From an uncultured Bacillota bacterium (GTDB lineage Bacteria; Bacillota; Clostridia; Lachnospirales; CAG-274), in the NCBI GenBank assembly GCA_965120415.1, contig CBCPNA010000008.1, forward strand, positions 25,881 to 49,880: a DNA stretch of 24,000 bases. The letters are read 5' to 3'. Under the pieces are notes generated by a model. It saw nothing but the letters and a program-made list of their open reading frames with translations, ran no database searches and had not been told where the DNA came from. Below are positions 9,999 through 18,149 of this stretch, in pieces; position 1 is the first letter of the stretch, and the number at the start of each line of letters is the position of its first letter. The translations under genes were made by a program, and so were the position numbers.

Positions 9999-10582
9999 TG
10001 AAAAATATTATAATAGCAGGCAATCCAAATGTAGGCAAAAGCACCTTTTTTAATAAGCTTACAAAGCAAAAGCAACATACAGGCAACTGGACAGGTAAAA
10101 CTGTTTTAAATGCAAAAGGTAAATTTAAATATAATAATAAAGAATATGAAATAATAGATACTCCAGGGACATATTCTTTAAATATAAATTCTTTAGATGA
10201 AAAGGAGGCAAGAAATAGTATATGCTTTAAAAAAAGCGACGCTATAATAGTAATGTGTGATGCTAAAGCTTTAGAAAGAAATTTGTTTTTAGCATTTCAA
10301 ATATCAGAGGTTAAAGATAATGTTATATTATGTATAAATTTTTGTAAAGCAGATTTAAAAAAAGATTTTAATATAAATTTTGCATATCTTAATAAATATT
10401 TTTCAAAAGTTTGCAAAATTAATGCTAAAACAGGTAGAGGCTTTTTTGAATTATTAAACTCTATAGAAAATTTAGAAAGAAAAAAAGCTAGCTTTTGCTA
10501 TGAAGATAATATAGAAAAGGCTATAAATATTATAGAAAATGCTTTAGATAAAGATTTTAAAAATATAAAAAGCGTTTTATAG
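9998..10582 (+). CDS. feoB: Ferrous iron transporter FeoB, N-terminal GTPase-domain fragment (interrupted gene)
   Basis: The start is ATG 9998 (MKNIIIAGNPNVGKSTFFNKLT, G1), with GGAGG 8 nt upstream. G3 is DTPG. The frame ends at TAG 10580-10582 within the helical domain. See the frameshift finding. Confidence 0.8.
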   Translation: MKNIIIAGNPNVGKSTFFNKLTKQKQHTGNWTGKTVLNAKGKFKYNNKEYEIIDTPGTYSLNINSLDEKEARNSICFKKSDAIIVMCDAKALERNLFLAFQISEVKDNVILCINFCKADLKKDFNINFAYLNKYFSKVCKINAKTGRGFFELLNSIENLERKKASFCYEDNIEKAINIIENALDKDFKNIKSVL

Positions 10583-10593
10583 CTTTAAAAATA

Positions 10594-12003
10594 TTGCTAG
10601 AAGAAAAAGATATAATACAAAAAATAGAAGAATACGTAGGCTTTAAATTTTATGAAACAGATGAAATAAAAAATGCTTTTAAAAATGCAAAAAATATTTT
10701 AAAACAAAATAATATAGAAGATTTAAACACAGCTTTAACAGAAAATATATATAATGAATGCTCTAAAATATATACAGCCAAAAACACAAGCAAAAATACG
10801 CTTGATAAAATGGTTACAAGCAGATGGATAGGTATACCTTTTATGCTAATTTTGCTTTTTATTATATTTTGGATAACTATAGTATTTTCTAACTATTTAT
10901 CTGCATTATTATCCTATATATTTTCAAATATAGAAGGATATATAACAAACTTTTTTAATTTTTTAAATGCTCCTTATATAGTAAAATCTTTTTTTATAGA
11001 CGGTATTTACAAAATAGTTAGCTTTGTTGTATCTGTTATGTTACCTCCTATGGCTATATTTTTCCCTTTATTTAGCTTATTTGAAGAGGTGGGCTTTTTG
11101 CCACGTATAGCTTTTAACCTAGATAGAGTTTTTAATGCTTGTGGCAGCTCGGGCAAGCAGTCTTTATGTATGGCGATGGGCTTTGGTTGCAATTGCGTTG
11201 GGGTTAATTGTTGTCGTATAATAAATTGCAAAAAACAACGGCTTATAGCTATTTTAACAAATAATTTTATACCTTGTAACGGACGTTTGCAAGCTATAAT
11301 AGCTTTAATAACTATATTTTTTATTTCTGCTGGTTTTGAAAGTTTAAAAGCAGCATTTTTTTTAACATTATTTATAATTATTAGTATTATAATAACACTT
11401 ATTGTTTCTAAAATATTTTCTAAAACTATATTAAAAAGTACAAATGAAATTTTCGCACTAGAATTACCTCCATATAAAAAGCCACCATTTTTTAAAACAA
11501 TTATAAAAGCGACTAAAGAAAAGACTTTTTTTGTACTAACAAGGGCTATTTTAATATCTATTCCAGCTGGAGTTGTTATATGGTTTATGACTAATATAAC
11601 AATTAATGATGAAAGTATTTTGTATTATCTAACAAGCTTTTTAAATACTCCAGCAAAATGGATAGGGCTAGATGGGGTTATAATACTTGCATTTATATTA
11701 GGTTTTCCAGCAAATGAAATAATTATGCCTTTAACTGTCATGATTTATTCAAAATCAAATCAATTGCAAGAAATAAGTGATTTTAATATATTGAAAGATA
11801 TATTAATATCAAATGGCTTTACTATAAAAACGGCTATTTGTACAATAATTTTTTATATATTTCATTACCCTTGCGGTAGCGCTTTATGGACAATAAAAAA
11901 AGAAACAAATAGTTATAAATGGACATTTTTGGCATTTATACTTCCTACCATAATAGGTATAGGCTTATGCTTTTTTATAAATATACTTTTTGAGCTTGTG
12001 TAA
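10594..12003 (+). CDS. feoB: Ferrous iron transporter FeoB, membrane-domain fragment (interrupted gene)
   Basis: A multi-TM protein with FeoB gate motifs (GSSGKQSLCMAMGFGCNCVG, NNFIPCNGRL). This reading frame is already open from 10561 and encodes KYKKRFIALKILLEEKD upstream of the nominal TTG start. That stretch is homologous FeoB sequence lying before any start codon. Confidence 0.8.
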   Translation: MLEEKDIIQKIEEYVGFKFYETDEIKNAFKNAKNILKQNNIEDLNTALTENIYNECSKIYTAKNTSKNTLDKMVTSRWIGIPFMLILLFIIFWITIVFSNYLSALLSYIFSNIEGYITNFFNFLNAPYIVKSFFIDGIYKIVSFVVSVMLPPMAIFFPLFSLFEEVGFLPRIAFNLDRVFNACGSSGKQSLCMAMGFGCNCVGVNCCRIINCKKQRLIAILTNNFIPCNGRLQAIIALITIFFISAGFESLKAAFFLTLFIIISIIITLIVSKIFSKTILKSTNEIFALELPPYKKPPFFKTIIKATKEKTFFVLTRAILISIPAGVVIWFMTNITINDESILYYLTSFLNTPAKWIGLDGVIILAFILGFPANEIIMPLTVMIYSKSNQLQEISDFNILKDILISNGFTIKTAICTIIFYIFHYPCGSALWTIKKETNSYKWTFLAFILPTIIGIGLCFFINILFELV

Positions 12004-12024
12004 GCTAGCTTAATATGATATAAT
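11996..12024 (+). promoter_or_regulatory. Candidate sigma-A promoter for ispF-cysS-mrnC-rlmB-yacP
   Basis: -35 TTGTGT (11996-12001), 17-nt spacer, extended -10 TGaTATAAT (12016-12024). It lies about 30 nt upstream of the ispF ATG. Confidence 0.45.
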
Positions 12025-12056
12025 AATTAATAAGTTTATAACATGGAGTTGGAATT

Positions 12057-12542
12057 ATGCAATTAAAAATAGGCTCAGGTTACGATGTCCATGAACTAGC
12101 TTTTGGGCAAAAGCTTATATTAGGAGGAGTTTTGATACCTTTTGAAAAGGGGCTTTTGGGACATTCAGACGCTGATGTTTTAACACATGCTATAATGGAT
12201 AGTATCCTTGGAGCTTTAAAGGCTGGAGACATAGGAAGACACTTTCCAGATACCGATAATAAATTTAAAAATATATCAAGCCTTTTATTATTAGAGCATG
12301 TTTCGCAAATTTTAAATAAAATGCAATACGAAATAATAAACATAGACAGCACAATTATTGCCCAAAAGCCTAAATTAGCGCCTTATATACCGCAGATGGA
12401 GCAAAATATAGCAAAGCATCTTAATATAAAAACAGAACAAATAAATATTAAAGCAACTACAGAAGAAGGCTTAGGCTTTACGGGCAGGTTAGAAGGTATA
12501 GCAGCAAGTGCTGTTTGTTTATTAAAAAATAAAGAGGGTTAA
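12057..12542 (+). CDS. ispF: 2-C-methyl-D-erythritol 2,4-cyclodiphosphate synthase
   Basis: The 161-aa ORF carries [10 protein letters not shown] and [19 protein letters not shown] motifs typical of IspF. GGAG lies upstream. Confidence 0.9.
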   Translation: MQLKIGSGYDVHELAFGQKLILGGVLIPFEKGLLGHSDADVLTHAIMDSILGALKAGDIGRHFPDTDNKFKNISSLLLLEHVSQILNKMQYEIINIDSTIIAQKPKLAPYIPQMEQNIAKHLNIKTEQINIKATTEEGLGFTGRLEGIAASAVCLLKNKEG

Positions 12543-12544
12543 TT

Positions 12545-13957
12545 ATGAATATATACAATACGCTTACAAAACAGAAAGAAAAGTTTATTCCACTTGAAGA
12601 AAATAAGGTTAAAATGTATGTTTGTGGGGTTACGGTATATGATTTTATCCATATAGGTAACGCAAGGCCTTATATCGTTTTTGATACTATCAGAAGATAT
12701 TTAGAGTACAAAGGCTATGAGGTAACATATGTACAAAACTTTACAGATATAGATGACAAAATTATAAATAGAGCCAATGAAGAAAATATTACCCCTAAGC
12801 AGCTTTCAGACAAATATATAAAAGAAGCGATTAAAGATTGCCAAATGCTTAATATAAAAAAAGCCACCTTTAACCCACGTGTTACAGAAGAAATACAAGA
12901 AATAATACAAATGATACAAATACTTATAAAAAAAGGTTATGCTTATGAAAGTTTAGGCACGGTATTTTTTAATACAGCTTTATTTAAAGATTATGGCAAG
13001 CTTTCTTCTAAAAAACTAGAAGAGCTAGAAATAGGTACCAGAGTAAAATTTGATGAAACAAAATTAAACAAAACAGATTTTGTTTTATGGAAACCTAAAA
13101 AAGAAAATGAAATAGCTTTTCTTTCTCCATGGGGCGAGGGTCGCCCAGGCTGGCATATAGAATGTTCTGCTATGGCAAAAAAATATTTAGGAGAGCAAAT
13201 AGATATACACGCCGGGGGCGAAGATTTAATCTTTCCTCATCATGAAAATGAAATAGCCCAAAGCGAGTGCGCTAATAGTAAAAAGTTTGCCAATTATTGG
13301 CTTCATAACGGCTTTATTAATATTGATAATGAAAAAATGAGTAAATCAAAAGGTAACTTTTTTACAATAAGAGATATAGCAAAAGAAGTGCCTTATGATA
13401 CTATAAGGTTTTTTTTATTAACAACACATTATAGGCATAGTATCAACTTTAGTCTAGATTTGCTACAATCAGCCAAGACTTCTTTATCAAGGATAAAAAA
13501 TTGTGTTAAAAATTTAGATTATATAATTAAAAATACAACAGGTAGCTTAAAACAAGAAGAAAGTGTTATTTTACAAAAAGCAGATATATACAAAACAAAG
13601 TTTGAAAACGCTATGGAAGATGATTTTAACACAGCCGACGCTATATCTTATATATTTGAATTAGTAACTTTTATAAACAGCAATGTAAATGAAAACAGCT
13701 CGAATCAATTTGCAAAAAATATGCTACAAATTTTATTAACTCTTACAGATATTTTGGGCATATTATATAAAGCAGAAAATATAGATACAGAAAATATAGA
13801 TATAGAAAAGATAGAACAGCTTATAAAAGCTAGAGAACAAGCAAGAAAAAATAAAGATTATAAAAAAGCAGACGAAATAAGAGAAGAACTTAAAAATATA
13901 GGCATCTTGATAGAAGATACAAGAGCAGGAGTTAGATGGAGCAAAATAGATGGATAA
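12545..13957 (+). CDS. cysS: Cysteine--tRNA ligase
   Basis: The 470-aa class I synthetase has a HIGH-type motif (HIGNARPY), KMSKS, and WHIECSAM / HHENE zinc and active-site regions. Confidence 0.93.
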   Translation: MNIYNTLTKQKEKFIPLEENKVKMYVCGVTVYDFIHIGNARPYIVFDTIRRYLEYKGYEVTYVQNFTDIDDKIINRANEENITPKQLSDKYIKEAIKDCQMLNIKKATFNPRVTEEIQEIIQMIQILIKKGYAYESLGTVFFNTALFKDYGKLSSKKLEELEIGTRVKFDETKLNKTDFVLWKPKKENEIAFLSPWGEGRPGWHIECSAMAKKYLGEQIDIHAGGEDLIFPHHENEIAQSECANSKKFANYWLHNGFINIDNEKMSKSKGNFFTIRDIAKEVPYDTIRFFLLTTHYRHSINFSLDLLQSAKTSLSRIKNCVKNLDYIIKNTTGSLKQEESVILQKADIYKTKFENAMEDDFNTADAISYIFELVTFINSNVNENSSNQFAKNMLQILLTLTDILGILYKAENIDTENIDIEKIEQLIKAREQARKNKDYKKADEIREELKNIGILIEDTRAGVRWSKIDG

Positions 13958-14393
13958 AATATTAAATGAAATTTTAAATACAAATAAAAATTACCTTGAT
14001 ATAAGGGCTTATTCTCCTTTAGCTTTAGCTTATATAGGAGATTCTGTTTTTGATATATGTGTTAAAACATATATTTTAAAAAAAATAAATACAAACCCTA
14101 ACAAACTTCATAATTTATCAACACAATATATAAACGCTATAACACAATCTAAAATGTATTATTATATAATAGACAAAATATCAGAAGAAGAAATAAATGT
14201 TTTAAAAAGAGGGCGAAATGCAAAAGGGCGTATTAGCAAATCAGCATCTTTAAAAGAATACAAAAATGCGACAGGGCTAGAGGCGCTTTTTGGCTATTTG
14301 TATTTAAAAGGAGAAATAAAAAGAATAACAGAAATATTTGAATTATGCTTAAAAAGTTTTGAAATAACAGGAGAAAATAATGAAGAAAAGTAA
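13950..14393 (+). CDS. mrnC: Mini-ribonuclease 3 (Mini-III, YazC family)
   Basis: The 147-aa ORF has an RNase III-like signature (LALAYIGDSVFD) and LEALFGYLYL. It occupies the conserved position between cysS and rlmB, overlapping the end of cysS by 8 nt. Confidence 0.85.
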   Translation: MDKILNEILNTNKNYLDIRAYSPLALAYIGDSVFDICVKTYILKKINTNPNKLHNLSTQYINAITQSKMYYYIIDKISEEEINVLKRGRNAKGRISKSASLKEYKNATGLEALFGYLYLKGEIKRITEIFELCLKSFEITGENNEEK

Positions 14394-15231
14394 AAAAAAT
14401 TTTAAAAAAGATAAAAAAAATAATTATAAAGAAAGACATAGAGATTTTAAAAACAAGCAAGACTTTTTCAAAAAAGAAAATAAAGAAAAGCTTGAAGAAG
14501 ATAATTTGCAGCTAGAGGGGCGTAACTCTGTTTTAGAGGCTTTAAACAGTGGTAAATTAATAGACAAAATATTTATTAAAAAAGGAGAAATAGAAGGCAC
14601 ATTAAAAGTAATAATTGCAAAAGCTAAAGAAAAGGGTATAATTATTAAAGAAATAGATAAAGCAAAGTTAGAGCAGATGAAAAAGACGAACAACCCACAA
14701 GGTGTTATAGCTATTTGCCCTGCTTATGAATATTGCGAAGTTTACGATATATTAAATTATGCTAAAGAAAAGAACGAGCCTCCTTTTATAATAATTTTAG
14801 ATGAGCTTACAGATCCTTATAACGTAGGGGCTATAATAAGAACAGCAGAGGCGACTAATGTCCATGGGGTTATTATACCTAAAAGAAGGTCGGCGACTTT
14901 AACATCTATTGTTAGCAAGGCGTCAGCTGGAGCTATAGAATATGTTAAAATAGCAAAAGTTAATAATATATCTAAAGAAATAGAAAAGCTTAAAAAAGAG
15001 GGTATTTGGGTTGTTTGCGCAGATATGAAAGGTACCAGCTATTTTGAGGCAGATTTAAAAGGTGCTTTAGCTATTGTTATAGGTAATGAGGGTAGTGGTG
15101 TTTCAAGGCTAGTTAAAGAAAGATGCGACTATTCTATTAAAATACCTATGCATGGTAAAATACAATCTTTAAATGCATCTGTAGCGGCTGGGCTTATTAT
15201 GTACGAAGTTTGCAGACAAAAGGCAAATTAA
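14380..15231 (+). CDS. rlmB: 23S rRNA (guanosine-2'-O)-methyltransferase RlmB/YacO (SpoU/TrmH family) with a Lys-rich N-terminal extension
   Basis: LEGRNSVLEAL, LDELTDPYNVGAIIRTAEA, GNEGSGVS and SLNASVAAGLIMYE align well by eye to B. subtilis YacO. Confidence 0.88.
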   Translation: MKKSKKNFKKDKKNNYKERHRDFKNKQDFFKKENKEKLEEDNLQLEGRNSVLEALNSGKLIDKIFIKKGEIEGTLKVIIAKAKEKGIIIKEIDKAKLEQMKKTNNPQGVIAICPAYEYCEVYDILNYAKEKNEPPFIIILDELTDPYNVGAIIRTAEATNVHGVIIPKRRSATLTSIVSKASAGAIEYVKIAKVNNISKEIEKLKKEGIWVVCADMKGTSYFEADLKGALAIVIGNEGSGVSRLVKERCDYSIKIPMHGKIQSLNASVAAGLIMYEVCRQKAN

Positions 15232-15232
15232 T

Positions 15233-15757
15233 ATGAAAAATAAAAAAGATGAATATTTGTTAATTGATGGATATAATATAATATTTGCATAGGATAATCT
15301 AAAAAAAATAGCAAATTATAGCTTAGAAGAAGCAAGAAATAAGCTTATACATATACTTTCTAATTACCAAGGGATAAAAGGTAATAACATTATAATAGTT
15401 TTTGATGCGCATTTTGTTAAAAGTAGTAAAAGAAATATAGAAAAAATAGGAAATGTTTTTGTAATATATACAAAAGAGGCAGAAACAGCTGATAATTATA
15501 TAGAATATATAACTAAAAAATATGTTAAGAAAAACACAGTTAGAGTTGCTACATCAGATAATACAGAGCGAATAATAATTTTAGGAAGTGGTGCTATAGC
15601 TATTTCGGCAGCAGAGCTAAAAAAGGAAATAAATAAGACAGAAAAATATATAGCAAAAAAAATAGAAGATATAAAGCCTATAAAAGATAGCATGCTTTTT
15701 GATAACATAGATCCAGAAATTGCAAAATGGATCGAAAGTATTATTAAAAAAAAATAA
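15233..15757 (+). pseudogene. yacP: YacP/Rae1-family NYN-domain ribonuclease interrupted by one in-frame TAG (codon 20)
   Basis: Not in the ORF track. My translation is MKNKKDEYLLIDGYNIIFA*DNLKKIANYSLEEARNKL...IIIVFDAHFVK...VFVIYTKEAETADNYIE...VRVATSDNTERIII...KWIESIIKKK, with TAA at 15755-15757. It is collinear with B. subtilis YacP as I recall it (LLVDGYNMIGAWPQL, VVFDAH, FTKENETAD, VATSD). The only stop is TAG at 15290-15292. Confidence 0.8.
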
Positions 15758-15798
15758 AAATTGTATATTAAGTTTTTTTGTCATATTATCAAATATAG

Positions 15799-15827
15799 TT
15801 GTCAAGGCTTAAAAAAAATGATATAAT
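15799..15827 (+). promoter_or_regulatory. Sigma-A type promoter for the 15861-18102 operon
   Basis: -35 TTGTCA (15799-15804), 17-nt spacer, extended -10 TGaTATAAT (15819-15827). It lies about 34 nt upstream of ATG 15861. Confidence 0.6.
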
Positions 15828-15860
15828 TAATAAAATTATTTAAAATTATAAGGAGTTTTT

Positions 15861-16220
15861 ATGTATATACCAACCATTAGCGATATAATAATTTCTTTAT
15901 TTTTAGCTTTTATAATACTATTTATAATAAAGCTTTTTACAGCCAAAAGTTTTGATAAAGAATTTATATATCCTTTAAAGGAAGATCCTAAAACAGTTAT
16001 AAATACTTTTTATAAGCTATTTCCTAAAAAGGACATAACCTTTAAAGGCAAAGTTTATAAAAGGGGGATGCATATAGAGCTTATAACAAATAATGAGATT
16101 ATAGAAGGTATATTTATAGGGCAAAATTCTAAAGAACTTTTATGTATTTTAACAAAAGAATATTTTATAACAAATAAATTTAATAATATTATAGAAATTA
16201 ATTTAATAGAAAATAATTAA
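15861..16220 (+). CDS. Hypothetical small membrane-anchored protein
   Basis: The 119-aa ORF has AAGGAG 5 nt upstream of the ATG, an N-terminal TM segment (IIISLFLAFIILFIIKLF), and a C-terminal region that looks beta-rich. I recognise no family. Confidence 0.55.
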   Translation: MYIPTISDIIISLFLAFIILFIIKLFTAKSFDKEFIYPLKEDPKTVINTFYKLFPKKDITFKGKVYKRGMHIELITNNEIIEGIFIGQNSKELLCILTKEYFITNKFNNIIEINLIENN

Positions 16221-16235
16221 ACATGGAGGAGAGTT

Positions 16236-17753
16236 ATGAAAAGATATTTTAAAATGCTTGTTTCTTGTGCTTGTATTTGTTGTTTATCTATTAATTCTGC
16301 TTTTGCAAGTAATACAAAAATATCTTTATTAAACGATAAATTATTAGCACCTTTAAAATATGATATAATAAACCAAAGCGGTACATTAATAATGCAGTAT
16401 AGCGAGCTTTTTAGCTCTATGGGGGCAGAGGTGAGCTTTAATGAATATAAGCAGACTATTACTGCATCGTTAGATGGAGATACTATCGTTATATACTTAA
16501 ATAACGATTATGCCACATTTAACGGCGAAAAGATAGAAATAAGCAAAACAATTATAGATGATGAAGTTTATTTACCAGTAAGGCAAATTTGTGAGCTTTT
16601 TGGCTTTGAGGTTGCATGGGATATGGAAAAAAGCCAGGTATCTTTAACAAAAGAGTCAGAGGGTTACCTATTTTTAAAAACAAAAAGTGATGGAGCGGAA
16701 ATTGCTGATTTTGATACATTGCTTGAAAAGGCGTTAGCAAATAATACTAATTTTGCTAACATAACAGATACTTGTAATTATTTAGAAAAATTAAAAAAAG
16801 ATTATAAACAGAATCTTACAGATACAGACCCAAATGATTTAGGCATAAACACATTTCCGGTTGATGGTTCAGATTCTGTATATATAGATACAGATGAGTT
16901 AAGCTATTTAGACAGCAGCTTAAGTATTTTAAGAACGATAAAATCTACAGATAGCCAGCTTCAAAATCAAAAAATAAATCAGCAGATTATAGAAGATAGC
17001 GTTTCTTATTCTATAGTAGCTTCTTTTCTCTCAATAAAAGAAGTAGAGCTTGATATACAGGTGCTAGAAGCACAAATAGAAAATGAAAATTTAAATCTGC
17101 AAAATTGCGAAGCTAAATACCGATACGGCTTAATCTCTGAACAAGCTTTGAGCAGCGTTAAAAGTAATTTAGAAACGCTTAATGCAAATTTGCAAACTTT
17201 ACAAGATAATTTAGAAGTGCAAAAAAATGTATTAAAATCTATATTAGGTACATCACGTGATATATATTTTGATATAGATATAGAAGTTGATTATAGCGAT
17301 TTTGAAGAAATTCAGCTACAAACATGTATATCAACTGCAAAATCAAAAGATTTATCTATACAGATATTGCAAAATGAATTAGAAGTTTGTGAATACAACC
17401 TTTCAACAAATTTTGATGCTACTGCAACAGAAAAAACAAAATTAAGAAATGAAGTTTATGCAGCCCAAAGAGCAATAGACGACCAAAAAGAAAGCCTAGA
17501 ACAAGGGCTTACTAGTACCTATACAACGCTTAAAAGTTTATATAACCAAAAAGAAACGCTAAATACAGCTTTAGAACAAGCTATAACAGATTATAATACA
17601 GCAGTATCTAACTACAACGCAGGGGAAATAACTCTTTATGATTTGAAAAATGCAGAGCTTTCTGTAATGAATTGTGAAAAAAATCTAGAAGAAAGTGGAC
17701 TTAATTTCTACCTATATTTATACAAATTTAATACACCACATTTAAATGCTTAA
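16236..17753 (+). CDS. Secreted protein: copper-amine-oxidase-N-terminal-like domain fused to a TolC/OEP-like helical domain
   Basis: The 505-aa ORF has GGAGGAG upstream and a signal peptide (MKRYFKMLVSCACICCLSINSAFA). The segment GEKIEISKTIIDDEVYLPVRQICELFGFEVAWDMEKSQVSL resembles the clostridial Cu_amine_oxidN1 'stalk' domain. The remainder shows the two-fold TolC/OEP pattern: LLEKALANNTNF...GLISEQALSSVKSNLETLNANLQ...LKSILG, then ISTAKSKDLSIQILQNELEV...AGEITLYDLKNAELSVMNCEKNLEES. Confidence 0.6.
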   Translation: MKRYFKMLVSCACICCLSINSAFASNTKISLLNDKLLAPLKYDIINQSGTLIMQYSELFSSMGAEVSFNEYKQTITASLDGDTIVIYLNNDYATFNGEKIEISKTIIDDEVYLPVRQICELFGFEVAWDMEKSQVSLTKESEGYLFLKTKSDGAEIADFDTLLEKALANNTNFANITDTCNYLEKLKKDYKQNLTDTDPNDLGINTFPVDGSDSVYIDTDELSYLDSSLSILRTIKSTDSQLQNQKINQQIIEDSVSYSIVASFLSIKEVELDIQVLEAQIENENLNLQNCEAKYRYGLISEQALSSVKSNLETLNANLQTLQDNLEVQKNVLKSILGTSRDIYFDIDIEVDYSDFEEIQLQTCISTAKSKDLSIQILQNELEVCEYNLSTNFDATATEKTKLRNEVYAAQRAIDDQKESLEQGLTSTYTTLKSLYNQKETLNTALEQAITDYNTAVSNYNAGEITLYDLKNAELSVMNCEKNLEESGLNFYLYLYKFNTPHLNA

Positions 17754-17817
17754 CATTAACAATTGCCTTTCTTTTAACATATTATATAACAAATATATAT
17801 TAAAAGGAGGGCAAAAA

Positions 17818-18102
17818 GTGAATTTTTTAGTAGAAGATATTTGCCGTTGTATAGGACAAACAGTAACTATTTTTACAGCAAGTGGTGGGGCATCTGGTAA
17901 AGGCTTTACGGGAGTTTTGATATCTGTCACAAATTGTGCTATAAAGCTTTTAGTAAGCGTAGGTGCAGCACCAGCTTGTCCTTTAGGTAGTAGGTGCAGA
18001 AGTTGTAATAGATGTAGATATAAAAATAATTGTACACCTTTAGGGGCAATTGCAATAATACCAACAAATGCAATAGTAGCATTTGTACACAATGCTATAT
18101 AA
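17818..18102 (+). CDS. Hypothetical small Cys-rich protein (94 aa, 8 Cys)
   Basis: AAGGAGGG lies 6 nt upstream of GTG 17818, which is in frame with the longer ORF 17746..18102. A hairpin terminator follows 17 nt after the stop. The sequence is VNFLVEDICRCIGQTVTIFTASGGASGKGFTGVLISVTNCAIKLLVSVGAAPACPLGSRCRSCNRCRYKNNCTPLGAIAIIPTNAIVAFVHNAI. Confidence 0.6.
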   Translation: MNFLVEDICRCIGQTVTIFTASGGASGKGFTGVLISVTNCAIKLLVSVGAAPACPLGSRCRSCNRCRYKNNCTPLGAIAIIPTNAIVAFVHNAI

Positions 18103-18118
18103 TTTTATAAATATAAGG

Positions 18119-18149
18119 GCTATAATAATAAATTATAGCTTTTTATTTT
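18119..18149 (+). terminator. Rho-independent terminator of the 15861-18102 operon
   Basis: An 8-bp stem GCTATAAT / ATTATAGC with a 5-nt loop, followed by TTTTTATTTT. Confidence 0.65.

Noticed and set aside
12004-12056. A T-box or other leader riboswitch ahead of the aminoacyl-tRNA synthetase genes (cysS, lysS)
   Set aside because: The gaps are too short: 53 nt before ispF, 2 nt before cysS, and 11 nt between greA and lysS. No specifier or T-box motif is present.
15290-15292. The idea that TAG is a reassigned sense codon (for example pyrrolysine or another recoding), which would explain the yacP TAG
   Set aside because: TAG terminates oppC exactly at the natural family C-terminus (...LRDAFDPKMKR). 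Trp is encoded by TGG elsewhere in the window. No pyl-like genes or suppressor tRNA are visible. One case is not enough evidence.
17742-18092. A 116-aa minus-strand ORF mirroring the Cys-rich small gene
   Set aside because: It has no ribosome-binding site and its product is Pro/Leu-rich with no recognisable features. The plus-strand frame has AAGGAGGG plus GTG and a downstream terminator. The double openness reflects locally higher GC content.
17818-18102. The Cys-rich small protein as a RiPP precursor (sactipeptide or ranthipeptide type)
   Set aside because: No radical-SAM maturase, protease or dedicated exporter is adjacent. At 94 aa, with structured-looking flanks on both sides of the Cys cluster, it does not resemble a leader-core precursor.
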